DNA of 32,000 nucleotides. Origin: Mycolicibacterium smegmatis. Its GTDB lineage: Bacteria; Actinomycetota; Actinomycetes; Mycobacteriales; Mycobacteriaceae. The notes beneath the pieces are model-generated. The model worked only from the letters and a program-made list of their open reading frames with translations. It did not search any database and was not told where the DNA came from. Shown here one piece after another: positions 1 to 10,053 of the stretch. Numbering within the stretch: the first letter of the stretch is position 1; every line of letters begins with the position of its first letter. The stretch lies in contig NZ_LN831039.1 of the NCBI RefSeq assembly GCF_001457595.1, forward strand, positions 3,930,001-3,962,000. Direction: 5' to 3'. Position numbers and translations under genes: made by a program.

Positions 1-702
1 ATCACCAACGGTCCCGACGCCGATGTGGTGGTGGTCTACGCCAAGCTGGACGAGGGTGACGGTGTGGACAAGCGTGACCGCAAGGTACTGACGTTCGTGC
101 TCGACAAGGGCATGGAGGGCTTCGTGCAGTCGAAGCCGTTCCGCAAGATGGGCATCCACTCGTCGCGCACCGGTGAGCTGTTCTTCAACAACGTCCGCCT
201 GGGCCGCGACCGCCTGCTCGGCGAGACCGAGGACCACGGCGCGGGCGACGGCCGCGACAGCGCGCGGTCGAGCTTCTCGGCCGAACGCATCGGCGTCGCG
301 GCCATGGCGCTCGGCGTCATCGAGGAGTGCCTGCGGCTCAGCGTCGACTACGCCAAGAGCCGCAAGCTGTGGGGCCAGGAGATCGGCCAGTTCCAGCTGA
401 TCCAGCTCAAGCTCGCCAACATGGAAGTCGCGCGGATGAACGTGCGCAACATGCTGTTCCGTGTCATCGAGTCGTCACAGGAAGGCAAGCCGATCTCACT
501 TGCCGAGGCCTCGGCGATCAAGTGGTACTGCTCGCAGGCCGCCACCGACGTCGCGATGGACGCCGTGCAGCTGTTCGGCGGCAACGGTTACATGACCGAG
601 TACCGCGTCGAACAGCTCGCACGCGACGCCAAGAGCCTGATGATCTACGCCGGCAGCAACGAGGTGCAGATCACCCACGTGGCGCGGGGTCTGCTCAGCT
701 AG
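1..702 (+). CDS. Acyl-CoA dehydrogenase family protein, C-terminal part (5' end lies outside the window)
   Basis: Frame 1 is open from nt 1 (ITNGPDADVVVVYAK...). The C-terminal ACAD domain is recognisable (...QLFGGNGYMTEYRVEQLARDAKSLMIYAGSNEVQ...). Stop TAG at 700-702. Confidence 0.85.
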   Translation: MTNGPDADVVVVYAKLDEGDGVDKRDRKVLTFVLDKGMEGFVQSKPFRKMGIHSSRTGELFFNNVRLGRDRLLGETEDHGAGDGRDSARSSFSAERIGVAAMALGVIEECLRLSVDYAKSRKLWGQEIGQFQLIQLKLANMEVARMNVRNMLFRVIESSQEGKPISLAEASAIKWYCSQAATDVAMDAVQLFGGNGYMTEYRVEQLARDAKSLMIYAGSNEVQITHVARGLLS

Positions 703-1106
703 TCGGGCACGACCGCGAGGGCGTCGATCTCCACCAGCATCACCTCGTGCGGCAGTCCGACGAAAACGGTTGTGCGGCAAGGCAGCTGGTCGGAGGTCAC
801 GTTCTCGGCGATGAACTCTCCGTACACCTCGTTCATCGCGGCGAAGTCCTCGCGCTTGGTGAGGTAGACGCGGAACATCAACACGTCGTCGACGCCTGCC
901 CCACCCGCGGCGAGAATGGCCTTGACGTTCTCCAGGGTGCGGCGGGTCTGCGCGCGCACGTCTCCTTCGCCGATGTAGGTGTTGGTGGCGGGGTCCATCG
1001 GGCCCTGCCCGGACACCTGCAGCAGGCCGCCCTTCCTGATGCCCTGACTGAAGGTGTGCGCGGGGGCGGGTGCAGCGTCGGTGCGGATGACCTGGGAATC
1101 GGACAC
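699..1106 (-). CDS. RidA/YjgF/L-PSP family reactive-intermediate (enamine/imine) deaminase
   Basis: 135 aa with a typical RidA sequence (QGIRKGGLLQVSGQ...TLENVKAIL...VFVGLP...VEIDALAV). GTG start preceded by GGAGA at 5 nt. Its stop shares the CTAG tetranucleotide with the convergent ACAD gene. Confidence 0.85.
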   Translation of the reverse strand: MSDSQVIRTDAAPAPAHTFSQGIRKGGLLQVSGQGPMDPATNTYIGEGDVRAQTRRTLENVKAILAAGGAGVDDVLMFRVYLTKREDFAAMNEVYGEFIAENVTSDQLPCRTTVFVGLPHEVMLVEIDALAVVPD

Positions 1107-1125
1107 GTGAATCTCCTTTGTTCGC

Positions 1126-1881
1126 TCAGCTTTTGACGGTGGGCAGGTAGCCGCAGTCGCGCGAGATGCGTTCGCCGACCTCCTGCAACGGCCCGAGGAG
1201 GTCGAGCACCTCCTCGAACGGCAGTACGACGTTGGGCACCGAGACGCTCACCGCGGCGACAACCCGCCCCGACGCGCCGCGGATCGGCACGCCGATGCAG
1301 TTGATCGACGGTTCATTCTCCTCGCGGTCCTGCGCCCAACCCTGGGCGCGCACCTTGTCGATCTCGGCGAGGAACGCCTCGGGCGTGGTGATGGTGTTGG
1401 GCGTGCGCCGGGTGAAGTCCATGGTCGCGACGAACGGGCGCAACTCGGCATCGGGCAGATCGGCGAGGATCACCTTGGCGACCGCGGTCGAATTGAGGTT
1501 GGCGCTCAACCCGATTCGCGAGAACATCCGGATCTGGTCGTGGGATTCGAGCTTGTCGATGTAGACGATGTCGTTGCCCTCCATCGCCGCGAGATGGGTG
1601 GTGCGGCCGTACGCACGGTTGAACGCCACCAGATGCGGCGACGCGATCGCGCGGATCTCCCGCTGATCGGTTCCCCGCGCGGCCAATTCGAACACCCGCG
1701 ATCCGAGGTGGTAGCGGTTGCTCTGGTCGCGGAAGGTGAACCGCTCGTCGGCGAGCGTGCGCAGCAACCGCAGCACCGTGGTCTTGTGCACGCCGGTCGA
1801 TTGCGCGAGTTCGTCGAGGGTGGCCGGCCCGTTGCCCAGCTGGATCAACAGGTGAAGCGCTCGTGCGACGCTCTGGCTCAT
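1126..1881 (-). CDS. IclR family transcriptional regulator
   Basis: 251 aa. N-terminal wHTH (ARALHLLIQLGNGPATLDELAQSTGVHKTTVLRLLRTL) plus an IclR effector domain. ATG lies 4 nt after the upstream kinase stop. Confidence 0.9.
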   Translation of the reverse strand: MSQSVARALHLLIQLGNGPATLDELAQSTGVHKTTVLRLLRTLADERFTFRDQSNRYHLGSRVFELAARGTDQREIRAIASPHLVAFNRAYGRTTHLAAMEGNDIVYIDKLESHDQIRMFSRIGLSANLNSTAVAKVILADLPDAELRPFVATMDFTRRTPNTITTPEAFLAEIDKVRAQGWAQDREENEPSINCIGVPIRGASGRVVAAVSVSVPNVVLPFEEVLDLLGPLQEVGERISRDCGYLPTVKS

Positions 1882-1885
1882 CGGC

Positions 1886-2911
1886 TCACATCCCTTCCGG
1901 CAGCGCGAAACCCGCTGTGGTCACGGTAGTCGCCGCCCATTCCGGTGGCGAACATGCGAGCAGGCGTTGCAGCGTGCCGGCGGGCGGTGGCGGCGCCCAG
2001 TCGGTGGCCACGGTCAAGGTGGCGGCCGCACCGATGTGCCCGCGGCGCAGGCACGTCGCGGTGTCGTCGCCACGCACGAGGCCGCTGAGGTAACCGGCGG
2101 CGAACGCGTCACCGGCGCCGACGGGTTCGACGACGTCGACCCGCAACGCGGGCACCTCGGTGGTGACGCCGTCGCGGTCGACCGCGACCGCGCGCCGCGC
2201 ACCGTCTTTGACGACCAGGGTCGCCGGTGAGGGCAGGACCCGTCGCAGGGCGACCGGATCACCCGTTCCCGCGACGCGAGCGGCCTCGTCGGCGCCCACG
2301 AGGACGAGGTCGGCCCGGTCCGCGAGATCGAGCACCACGGCCGGATCGGCGTCGGGCCACAGTTGCTCACGCCAGTTGACGTCGAAGCTGACGAGCCCAG
2401 GGATGCCCGGACGATCGGTGAGCAGCCGGCACATCAGGGCCCGGCACGTGTCCGACAGCGCCGCGGTGATGCCGCTGCAGTGCACGATCGCGGCCGCGCC
2501 GAGGGCAGCCGACACCTCGTCGCGGTCGAGGAAGTCGGGTCCCATCGCCGAGGCGGCCGACCCGGCACGTGCGTATCGGCTCGTGGTGGTGCGCTCCCCC
2601 GCCGCGTCGGTGCCGGTGACCTTCGAGTAGGACCCCGTGGGCCGTGCCGGATCGGTTTCGACCGCGGAATCGTCGATGCCGCGCTGCTGCAGTGCGGCGC
2701 GGATGAGTACCCCGTACTCGTCGGCGCCGAGGCGCCCGAGAAGGCTCGCAGGCACACCGAGCCCCGCGAGACCGACCGCGACGTTGAGTTCGGCGCCCGC
2801 GGGATGCGGATCCCCGGCTTCGGAGACGAGGACCAGCGGTTCACCGAGGCAGGCGACGCGGGCCCTGACCGTTTGCTGCACAACCCTCCTCGGCTTCCCC
2901 CGGTTGGCCAT
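1886..2911 (-). CDS. kdgK: PfkB-family sugar kinase, 2-dehydro-3-deoxygluconokinase-like
   Basis: PfkB signature near the C-terminus (EPVGAGDAFAAGYLSG) and N-terminal ...VACLGEPLVLV. The start is uncertain: ATG 2911, ATG 2935, GTG 2881 or the track's TTG 2956 are all in frame. Confidence 0.8.
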   Translation of the reverse strand: MANRGKPRRVVQQTVRARVACLGEPLVLVSEAGDPHPAGAELNVAVGLAGLGVPASLLGRLGADEYGVLIRAALQQRGIDDSAVETDPARPTGSYSKVTGTDAAGERTTTSRYARAGSAASAMGPDFLDRDEVSAALGAAAIVHCSGITAALSDTCRALMCRLLTDRPGIPGLVSFDVNWREQLWPDADPAVVLDLADRADLVLVGADEAARVAGTGDPVALRRVLPSPATLVVKDGARRAVAVDRDGVTTEVPALRVDVVEPVGAGDAFAAGYLSGLVRGDDTATCLRRGHIGAAATLTVATDWAPPPPAGTLQRLLACSPPEWAATTVTTAGFALPEGM

Positions 2912-2958
2912 CTGTTGACGACGTACCGGCGCCATGTTAGACAAGTCACAGCACAATT

Positions 2959-2974
2959 TGCAACATGCGTTGCA
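2959..2974. promoter_or_regulatory. Inverted repeat TGCAAC-N4-GTTGCA (plus a third GCAAC half-site at 2981-2985) in the divergent intergenic region; candidate IclR operator
   Basis: Read directly: TGCAACATGCGTTGCActatatGCAACc, inside the only AT-rich patch between the divergent kinase and deaminase operons. TATAGT (-10-like) on the minus strand at 2974-2979 overlaps it. Confidence 0.35.
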
Positions 2975-3016
2975 CTATATGCAACCACCCAGGTAGAGAC
3001 CGATTGTGACGGTGAC

Positions 3017-4291
3017 ATGAGAACCACTACGACGCGCGCCGAACACCTGTCGGAGCTGGACAAGGCACTTCCCTCCGAGGCCGACGGCCTGTCGGTCCAG
3101 GAGTTCCTCGCCACCCGCCCACGGCTGTCGTCGTTCAGCACGCCGGTGCTGACGCTCGACGATTCCGCGATCGACCAGAACCTGTCCGCGATGGCCGCGT
3201 GGTGCGCCGACAACGGCATCGACCTCGCGCCGCACGGCAAGACCACCATGTCGCCGACGCTGTGGGAGCGGCAGCTGCGGGCCGGCGCTACCGCGATCAC
3301 GCTCGCGACCTTCAGCCAGGTGCGTGTCGCGGTGCATTTCGGGGTCCGCCGGATCCTGTTGGCCAACGCCCTGGTCGATCCGGGCGCACTTCGTTGGCTC
3401 GTGCAACACATGACCGACGACCCCGAACTGCATGTGGTGGCGTGGGCCGATTCGACGGCCACGGTCGACGCGATGACCGCCGCGCTCGCGGATGTTCCGG
3501 TGGCGCAGCCGGTTCCGGTGCTCGTCGAGCTCGGCGCATCGGGTGGACGGACCGGCGCACGATCGGTCGACGACGCGATGGTGGTCGCCGAACGCATCGC
3601 CGCCTGCGGCGTGCTGCGACTCGCGGGCGTGGCGGGTTACGAGGGCGCACTGGCGCACGACGCGTCCGAACCGTCGCTGGCCCGCGTCCGCGCCTACCTG
3701 CAGGAGATGGCTCGGCTGCACCGGACGATCACCGATCGCGGGCTGTACGACCCCACCATCGACGTGATCGTGACCGCAGGCGGCAGTGCGTATTTCGACG
3801 TGGTGGCCGAGGTTCTCGCACCACTGGCAGGCCCGCGGGTACGCGTCGTCGTCCGCGCGGGCGCCTACGTCATCCACGACGACGGCTTCTACACCGGTAT
3901 CACGCCGTTCGGCCGCACCCCGGGTGGCTACCGGCTGCGGTCGGCCATGCACGCGTGGGCACGGGTGGTGTCCCGCCCGGAACCGGAACTGGCACTGCTG
4001 GACGCGGGCAAGCGCGACGTCCCCTTCGACGAGGGCCTTCCGGTACCGCAACTGGTCGCCGCGCAACTCGGGGCACCCGCGCGCCCGCTCACCGGCACGC
4101 AGATCACCGCAGTCAACGATCAGCACGCGTTCCTGGCTCTGCCCGCCGACAGCGATGTCAAAGTGGGCGATGTTGTACGGCTGGGCCTTTCCCATCCGTG
4201 TACGGCGTTCGACAAATGGCGCTGGATCCCGCTGCTCAACGGCAACGGTGACGATCCGCACGTCGTCGACATGATCCGCACCTACTTCTGA
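3017..4291 (+). CDS. Fold-type III PLP enzyme: alanine racemase N-terminal domain, D-serine dehydratase-like 'amino acid deaminase'
   Basis: 424 aa from M219 of the track ORF. It has the LAPHGKTTMSP PLP-lysine motif and the C-terminal ...HPCTAFDKW... typical of the DSD1/D-threonine-aldolase-like family. The upstream part of the track ORF is Arg/Gly-rich junk. Confidence 0.8.
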   Translation: MRTTTTRAEHLSELDKALPSEADGLSVQEFLATRPRLSSFSTPVLTLDDSAIDQNLSAMAAWCADNGIDLAPHGKTTMSPTLWERQLRAGATAITLATFSQVRVAVHFGVRRILLANALVDPGALRWLVQHMTDDPELHVVAWADSTATVDAMTAALADVPVAQPVPVLVELGASGGRTGARSVDDAMVVAERIAACGVLRLAGVAGYEGALAHDASEPSLARVRAYLQEMARLHRTITDRGLYDPTIDVIVTAGGSAYFDVVAEVLAPLAGPRVRVVVRAGAYVIHDDGFYTGITPFGRTPGGYRLRSAMHAWARVVSRPEPELALLDAGKRDVPFDEGLPVPQLVAAQLGAPARPLTGTQITAVNDQHAFLALPADSDVKVGDVVRLGLSHPCTAFDKWRWIPLLNGNGDDPHVVDMIRTYF

Positions 4292-5892
4292 TGCGCACCC
4301 TGATCCGCTCGGCCACCGTCATCGACGGCACCGAAAAACCGGGCTACATCGCAGATGTCATGGTCGACGGCGACCGCATCGCCGAGATCGGCGTCATCTC
4401 ACCGTCGTCGGCCGACCGCGTGATCGACGCCGACGGTCTGGTACTCGCACCGGGTTTCATCGACATGCACGCGCACTCGGATCTGCAGATTCTGCTCAAC
4501 CCGGCACATCCGTCGCGCATCACGCAGGGCGTCACCACCGAGGTGCTCGGGCAGGACGGACTGTCGTATGCACCGGTCACCGACGACGTACTGGCCGGCG
4601 TGCGCCGCAAGATCGCCGGGTGGAACTCCGATCCACAGGACTTCGAATGGAACTGGCGCTCGGTGAGTGAATACCTCGACCGGTTGGACCGCGGAATCGC
4701 CACCAACGTCGCGTATCTGGTACCGCACGGCGTCGTGCGCGCGCTCGTGGTCGGCTGGGATGAGACTCCCGCGACGGAAACGCAGATCGCCGAGATGCAG
4801 CGCATCGTCGCGCAGGCCATGTCCGAGGGCGCGGTGGGGCTGTCGGCGGGGCTGACCTACACGCCGGGCATGTACGCCGACAACGACGAGCTTGTGGCGT
4901 TGTGCCGCACGGTCGCCGAATACGGCGGCTACTTCTGCCCGCACCACCGCTCCTACGGTGCGGGCGCCATGGAGGCCTATGCCGAGATGATCGATCTCTC
5001 GACCAGGTCGGGATGTGCCCTGCACCTGGCGCACGCGACGCTCAACTTCGGCCCGAACAAGGGCCGCGCGCCGGAACTGCTCGCGCTGCTCGACGCGGCG
5101 ACCGAGGCAGGTGCCGACATCAGTCTCGACACCTACCCGTACCTGCCGGGGGCGACGACGCTGTCGGCGATCCTGCCCAGCTGGGCGTCGGCAGGCAGCG
5201 CCGAGGAGACCATCGCGCGTCTGGCGGATTCCACGGCGCTGCAGCGCATCCGGGAGCAGCTCGAGGTGACCGGATCCGACGGCTGTCACGGTGTGACCGC
5301 GGAATGGCACACGATCGAGATCAGCGGTGTGCTCGATCCGCGCTTCGACGCCTACGTGGGCCGCACCATCGCCGATATCGCGGCAGACGAGAATCGTGAC
5401 CCCTTCGACGTGTGCATCGGCCTGTTGCGCGACGACCGGCTCGGCACCGGCATCCTGCAACACGTGGGCCACGAGGAGAACGTCCGCGCGATCATGCGCC
5501 ACCCGCGGCACACCGGCGGCAGCGACGGGCTGCTGGTGGGGGCGAAACCCCATCCGCGCGGCTGGGGCACGTTCGCACGGTACCTCGGGCACTACTGCCG
5601 TGAGCTCGGCCTGATGTCGCTGGAGGAATGTGTGGGCCACCTGACCGGCCGGGCCGCCACGCGCCTGCGCCTGGCCGATCGCGGGTACATCCGTCCCGGA
5701 TACGCTGCCGACCTGGTGTTGTTCGACCCTCAGACCGTTGCCGACACCGCGACTTTCGAACAACCCCGCCAACCCGCGACGGGCTTCACGCACGTGTTCG
5801 TGCGGGGGCGACCGGCGCTCGACGACGGCGAGCCCACCGGTGCGACCGCGGGACGGGCACTGCGGCGCGGACCGGACGGGAGCGTGCGATGA
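4291..5892 (+). CDS. N-acyl-D-amino-acid deacylase (D-aminoacylase) family amidohydrolase
   Basis: 533 aa. It has the metal-binding GFIDMHAHSD motif and D-aminoacylase-like architecture. Its ATG overlaps the upstream TGA by 1 nt (TGATG). Confidence 0.85.
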   Translation: MRTLIRSATVIDGTEKPGYIADVMVDGDRIAEIGVISPSSADRVIDADGLVLAPGFIDMHAHSDLQILLNPAHPSRITQGVTTEVLGQDGLSYAPVTDDVLAGVRRKIAGWNSDPQDFEWNWRSVSEYLDRLDRGIATNVAYLVPHGVVRALVVGWDETPATETQIAEMQRIVAQAMSEGAVGLSAGLTYTPGMYADNDELVALCRTVAEYGGYFCPHHRSYGAGAMEAYAEMIDLSTRSGCALHLAHATLNFGPNKGRAPELLALLDAATEAGADISLDTYPYLPGATTLSAILPSWASAGSAEETIARLADSTALQRIREQLEVTGSDGCHGVTAEWHTIEISGVLDPRFDAYVGRTIADIAADENRDPFDVCIGLLRDDRLGTGILQHVGHEENVRAIMRHPRHTGGSDGLLVGAKPHPRGWGTFARYLGHYCRELGLMSLEECVGHLTGRAATRLRLADRGYIRPGYAADLVLFDPQTVADTATFEQPRQPATGFTHVFVRGRPALDDGEPTGATAGRALRRGPDGSVR

Positions 5893-6518
5893 CCGCGTTG
5901 GACGTGCTGCGCGCCGACCGGGTGCTCAGCGTCGTGCGGGCCGATAAGATCCCCGACGCCGCCGCGCTGTGCCACGCGCTGGCCGCAGGTGGCATCCGCA
6001 CCGTCGAGCTGACGTTCACCACACCCGGGGTGCTCGACCTGCTCCGCTCGGCCGCCGATGCCGTCGCACAATCGGACGTCGTGCTGGGCGTCGGCACCGT
6101 GCTCACCGCCGATCAGGCCCGTGCGGCGATCGACAACGGCGCGAGTTTCCTTGTCACACCCGCGGTTCGGCCCGGGGTGGCCGAGGTCGCCCTCTCGGCT
6201 GGTGTGCCGGTGTTCCTCGGCGCGCTCACGCCGACCGAGGTCGCCATGGCCGTCGACCTCGGCGCGTCGGCGGTCAAGATCTTCCCGGCAGGGCGATTCG
6301 GCCCGAGATATCTGTCGGATCTGCACGGGCCCTACCCCGACGTCGAACTCCTGCCGTCCGGCGGCATCACCGCCGAGAACGCACGCGCCTACCTCGATGC
6401 GGGTGCCCTCGCGGTGTGCGCAGGCACCGGCGTCGTCCCGCCCGCCCGCGTCGCCGCAGGCGACTGGGACGACATCGCCTCGCGCGCACGCACCTTCGTC
6501 ACCGCTCTCACCTCCTGA
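5889..6518 (+). CDS. eda: 2-dehydro-3-deoxy-phosphogluconate / 4-hydroxy-2-oxoglutarate aldolase
   Basis: 209 aa from M88 of the track ORF. Typical KDPG aldolase sequence (VLSVVRAD...GGIRTVELTFTTPG...GASAVKIFPAG...LPSGGI). ATGA overlap with the upstream stop. Confidence 0.85.
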   Translation: MTALDVLRADRVLSVVRADKIPDAAALCHALAAGGIRTVELTFTTPGVLDLLRSAADAVAQSDVVLGVGTVLTADQARAAIDNGASFLVTPAVRPGVAEVALSAGVPVFLGALTPTEVAMAVDLGASAVKIFPAGRFGPRYLSDLHGPYPDVELLPSGGITAENARAYLDAGALAVCAGTGVVPPARVAAGDWDDIASRARTFVTALTS

Positions 6519-6547
6519 CCCGCCCCGACACAACCGCTGGAGTTCGA

Positions 6548-7939
6548 ATGACGACATTCGTCGACTGGCTGCGCCATGACACCGCCGGGTTGCTCACCCT
6601 GGCCGCGGTGTCCATCGCGGTCCTTCTGCTGCTGATCATCAAGATGAAGGTCGAACCGTTCATCGCGTTGATCGTCGTGAGCGTCGCGGTCGCACTGACC
6701 GCAGGCATCCCGGTCGCCGAACTGGTCGGCACGCCGGCGAAATCCGGGGACTCGCTGCTGGAAACGGGATTCGGCGGGATCCTCGGCCACATCACCGTGA
6801 TCATCGGCCTCGGCACCGTGCTCGGCGCGATGCTCGAACGCTCCGGCGGCGCCGACGTGCTCACCACGAGGCTGTTGAACCTGTTCGGGCCAAAGGGCGC
6901 CCCGCTGGCCATGGGTATCACGGGCGTGATCCTGGGCATCCCGGTGTTCTTCGACATCGGCATCTTCATCCTGGCGCCGCTGGTCTACGTGGCCGCCAAA
7001 CGCGGCGGACGGTCGCTGGTGCTGTATGCGCTGCCGATGCTGGCCGGCCTGTCGATGACGCATGCGTTCCTGCCGCCGCATCCCGGACCGGTGGCCGCCG
7101 CCGGGTTGTTGGGCGTGAGCCTGGGCTGGATCATCATCATGGGCCTGGCGTGCGGCATCCCGGCCTGGTTCGTCAGTGGTGTGGTGTGGGGCGCGTGGAT
7201 CGGCAAGCGCGTACATGTCGAGGTCCCTGAGGAATTCGTGCCCGAGGAGGACGAGGCCGACACCGCCAGTCCGCCGTCGCTGCTGTTGGTGGGATTCATC
7301 ATCGTCGCGCCGATGCTGCTCATCCTCGCCGCCACGCTGGCCGATGTGCTGCTCGACGGCGGCAGGCTGCTGTCGGTACTGACCCTGATCGGCAACCCGG
7401 CGATCGCGTTGACCATCGCGGTCATGCTCGCGCTGTACCTGCTGGGCATCCGCCGCGGCATCACGGCGCCCGAACTCGCCAAGATCTCAGGGGTGTCGCT
7501 GCGCCCGGTCGGCATGATCCTGCTGGTGGTCGGCGCCGGCGCCTTCTTCGGTGCGGTGCTGCGTGCCACCGGAATCGGTGACGCCCTTGCCGATTCGATG
7601 ACCGCGATCGGTCTGCCCGTCATCGTGTCGGCGTATCTGATCAGCTGCGCACTGCGCATCGCGCAGGGTTCGGCGACCGTGGCGATCGTGACCACCGCGG
7701 GCATCATCCAGGCCTCGGTCGCCGACGGCCACCACTCCCCCGCACAGATCGCGCTGATCGTGGTCGCGGTGTCGGCGGGTTCGATCATCGCCAGCCACGT
7801 CAACGACGGCGGCTTTTGGATCGTGTCGCGCTACTTCAACATGTCGGTCAAGGACACCCTGAAGACCTGGACGGTGCTCGAAACCATCCTGTCCGTGGTC
7901 GGTTTCGCGATGGCGGGTCTGCTCTGGCTGGTCGTCTGA
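6548..7939 (+). CDS. GntP family (gluconate:H+ symporter type) permease
   Basis: 463 aa from M194 of the track ORF. It is polytopic and hydrophobic with GntP-like segments (...LGTVLGAMLERSGGAD..., ...GSIIASHVNDGGFWIVS...). Confidence 0.85.
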   Translation: MTTFVDWLRHDTAGLLTLAAVSIAVLLLLIIKMKVEPFIALIVVSVAVALTAGIPVAELVGTPAKSGDSLLETGFGGILGHITVIIGLGTVLGAMLERSGGADVLTTRLLNLFGPKGAPLAMGITGVILGIPVFFDIGIFILAPLVYVAAKRGGRSLVLYALPMLAGLSMTHAFLPPHPGPVAAAGLLGVSLGWIIIMGLACGIPAWFVSGVVWGAWIGKRVHVEVPEEFVPEEDEADTASPPSLLLVGFIIVAPMLLILAATLADVLLDGGRLLSVLTLIGNPAIALTIAVMLALYLLGIRRGITAPELAKISGVSLRPVGMILLVVGAGAFFGAVLRATGIGDALADSMTAIGLPVIVSAYLISCALRIAQGSATVAIVTTAGIIQASVADGHHSPAQIALIVVAVSAGSIIASHVNDGGFWIVSRYFNMSVKDTLKTWTVLETILSVVGFAMAGLLWLVV

Positions 7940-7944
7940 GAGGG

Positions 7945-8703
7945 TCAGCGCCTGCGCTGTGCCCGCGCGCTCTGGTACAGGCAGATCGAGGCGGCCGAGG
8001 CGATGTTGAGGCTCTCGGCGTGACCCGGCATCGGGATCTGCACACGGCGGTGCGCCATGGCGGCCAGATCCGTTGGCAGCCCGTGCGCTTCAGGCCCGAA
8101 CAGCCACGCCGTCGGCTCGGTCAGCTCGGCCTCCAGATCCGGGTCGTCCAGATCGGCCTCGCCGTCGACCGTCGTGGCGAGCACGCGCAGACCGGCGTCG
8201 CGCAGGCGCTGCACCACGCGGGCCTCGTCGGGATCGCTGATAACCGGGATCGAGAAGATGCTGCCCGCCGAGGCCCGCAGGCACTTGCTGTTGTACGGGT
8301 CGACGCTGTTGCCCGCCAACACGACTGCCGCGGCGCCCATGGCGTCGGCGACGCGGATCAGGGTGCCCGCGTTGCCCGGTTCGGACAGCTGTACCGGCAC
8401 CGCGATCAGCCCGGCCGGGCCGGCCAGCACGTCGTCGAGGGACACCTCGGGCAGCCGGCACACCGCGACGAGACCGACCGGGGTCACGGTGTCCGACAAG
8501 GCTTTCGCGGCACGCTCGGTGACCGGCGTGACCGGCGCGTCAGCCAGCAGCGCACCGAAGCGGTCCAGCGCCGCCTCGGTGGCGAACACCTCGGAAACGA
8601 GTCCGCGCCGCAACGCTGCCTCGACGAGGTTGGGTCCCTCGGCAAGGAAGCGTGCGGCGCGGCGGCGCCCGACGTGGCGATGCAGCTTGACCGCCGCCAC
8701 CAC
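7945..8703 (-). CDS. TrmH/SpoU family RNA 2'-O-methyltransferase (TsnR-like; Rv1644 position)
   Basis: 252 aa. SpoU motifs are present (...VQLSEPGNAGTLIRVADAMGA..., ...LFGPEAHGL..., ...IPMPGHAESLNIASAASI...). It is the last gene of the infC-rpmI-rplT string. Confidence 0.8.
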   Translation of the reverse strand: MVAAVKLHRHVGRRRAARFLAEGPNLVEAALRRGLVSEVFATEAALDRFGALLADAPVTPVTERAAKALSDTVTPVGLVAVCRLPEVSLDDVLAGPAGLIAVPVQLSEPGNAGTLIRVADAMGAAAVVLAGNSVDPYNSKCLRASAGSIFSIPVISDPDEARVVQRLRDAGLRVLATTVDGEADLDDPDLEAELTEPTAWLFGPEAHGLPTDLAAMAHRRVQIPMPGHAESLNIASAASICLYQSARAQRRR

Positions 8704-8726
8704 GCGGGCAGAACGCTCGGTGAGCG

Positions 8727-9116
8727 TCAGGCGGCCTCTCCGGAGGGCGCGTTCACGTCCTCGGGCAGCGCGGCGCGGGCGACATCGACCAGCGCGGTGA
8801 ACGCGGCCGGGTCGCTCACGGCGAGCTCGGCGAGGTTCTTGCGGTCAACCTCGACACCAGCGGCCTTGAGGCCCTGGATCAGGCGGTTGTAGGTGATGTC
8901 GTTCGCCCGGGCGGCGGCGTTGATGCGGGAGATCCACAGCTTGCGGAACTCACCCTTGCGGGCACGGCGGTCCCGGTAGGCGTAGGTGAGCGAGTGCAGC
9001 TGCTGCTCTTTGGCCTTGCGGTACAGCCGGGACCGCTGACCGCGGTAACCCTTGGAGGCCTTCAGTACGGTACGCCGCTTCTTCTGGGCGTTGAGTGCGC
9101 GCTTCACGCGTGCCAT
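8727..9116 (-). CDS. rplT: 50S ribosomal protein L20
   Basis: [38 protein letters not shown]... is an unmistakable L20. Confidence 0.97.
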
Positions 9117-9156
9117 TGGATGTTCCTATTCTCGTCGGTGCAGGTAGCGGGCTTGA

Positions 9157-9351
9157 CTAGCCGTTGAGCAGCTTGTTGATGCGGCTGTTGTCGGCGGCCG
9201 AGACGGTGGTACGTCCGTCGAGCCGGCGGGTGCGCTTGGTGGGCTTGTGCTCCAGCAAGTGACGACGGTTGGCCTTCTGCCGGACGATCTTTCCGGTACC
9301 GGTCCGGCGGAACCGCTTGGAGGCACCGCTGTGGGTCTTTGCCTTGGGCAT
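9157..9351 (-). CDS. rpmI: 50S ribosomal protein L35
   Basis: [36 protein letters not shown]... is an unmistakable L35. GAGGA precedes the ATG. Confidence 0.97.
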
Positions 9352-9404
9352 GAGTCCTCAGTTCTGTGTTGATCCCCGTAGGGATCGGATGGATCTAACT
9401 GGAT

Positions 9405-9989
<585 letters not shown>

Positions 9990-10053
9990 GGGGCCTCCTA
10001 TGTTGGGTCTGACGAGGAGACCCAATCCATCCGCACCTCTGCTCGATGAGCAG

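Noticed and set aside
2434-4261. Long minus-strand ORFs (2434..3597, 2975..4261). Similar alternate-frame ORFs occur over other genes (e.g. 4399..5793, 5730..6557, 6389..7216, 10658..11836, 12143..14014, 14266..15261, 16490..17533, 18320..19576, 31022..31987).
   Set aside because: All overlap genes with clear family signatures on the other strand or frame. Their translations are Arg/Pro/Gly/Ala-rich low-complexity strings, typical of open alternate frames in high-GC DNA.
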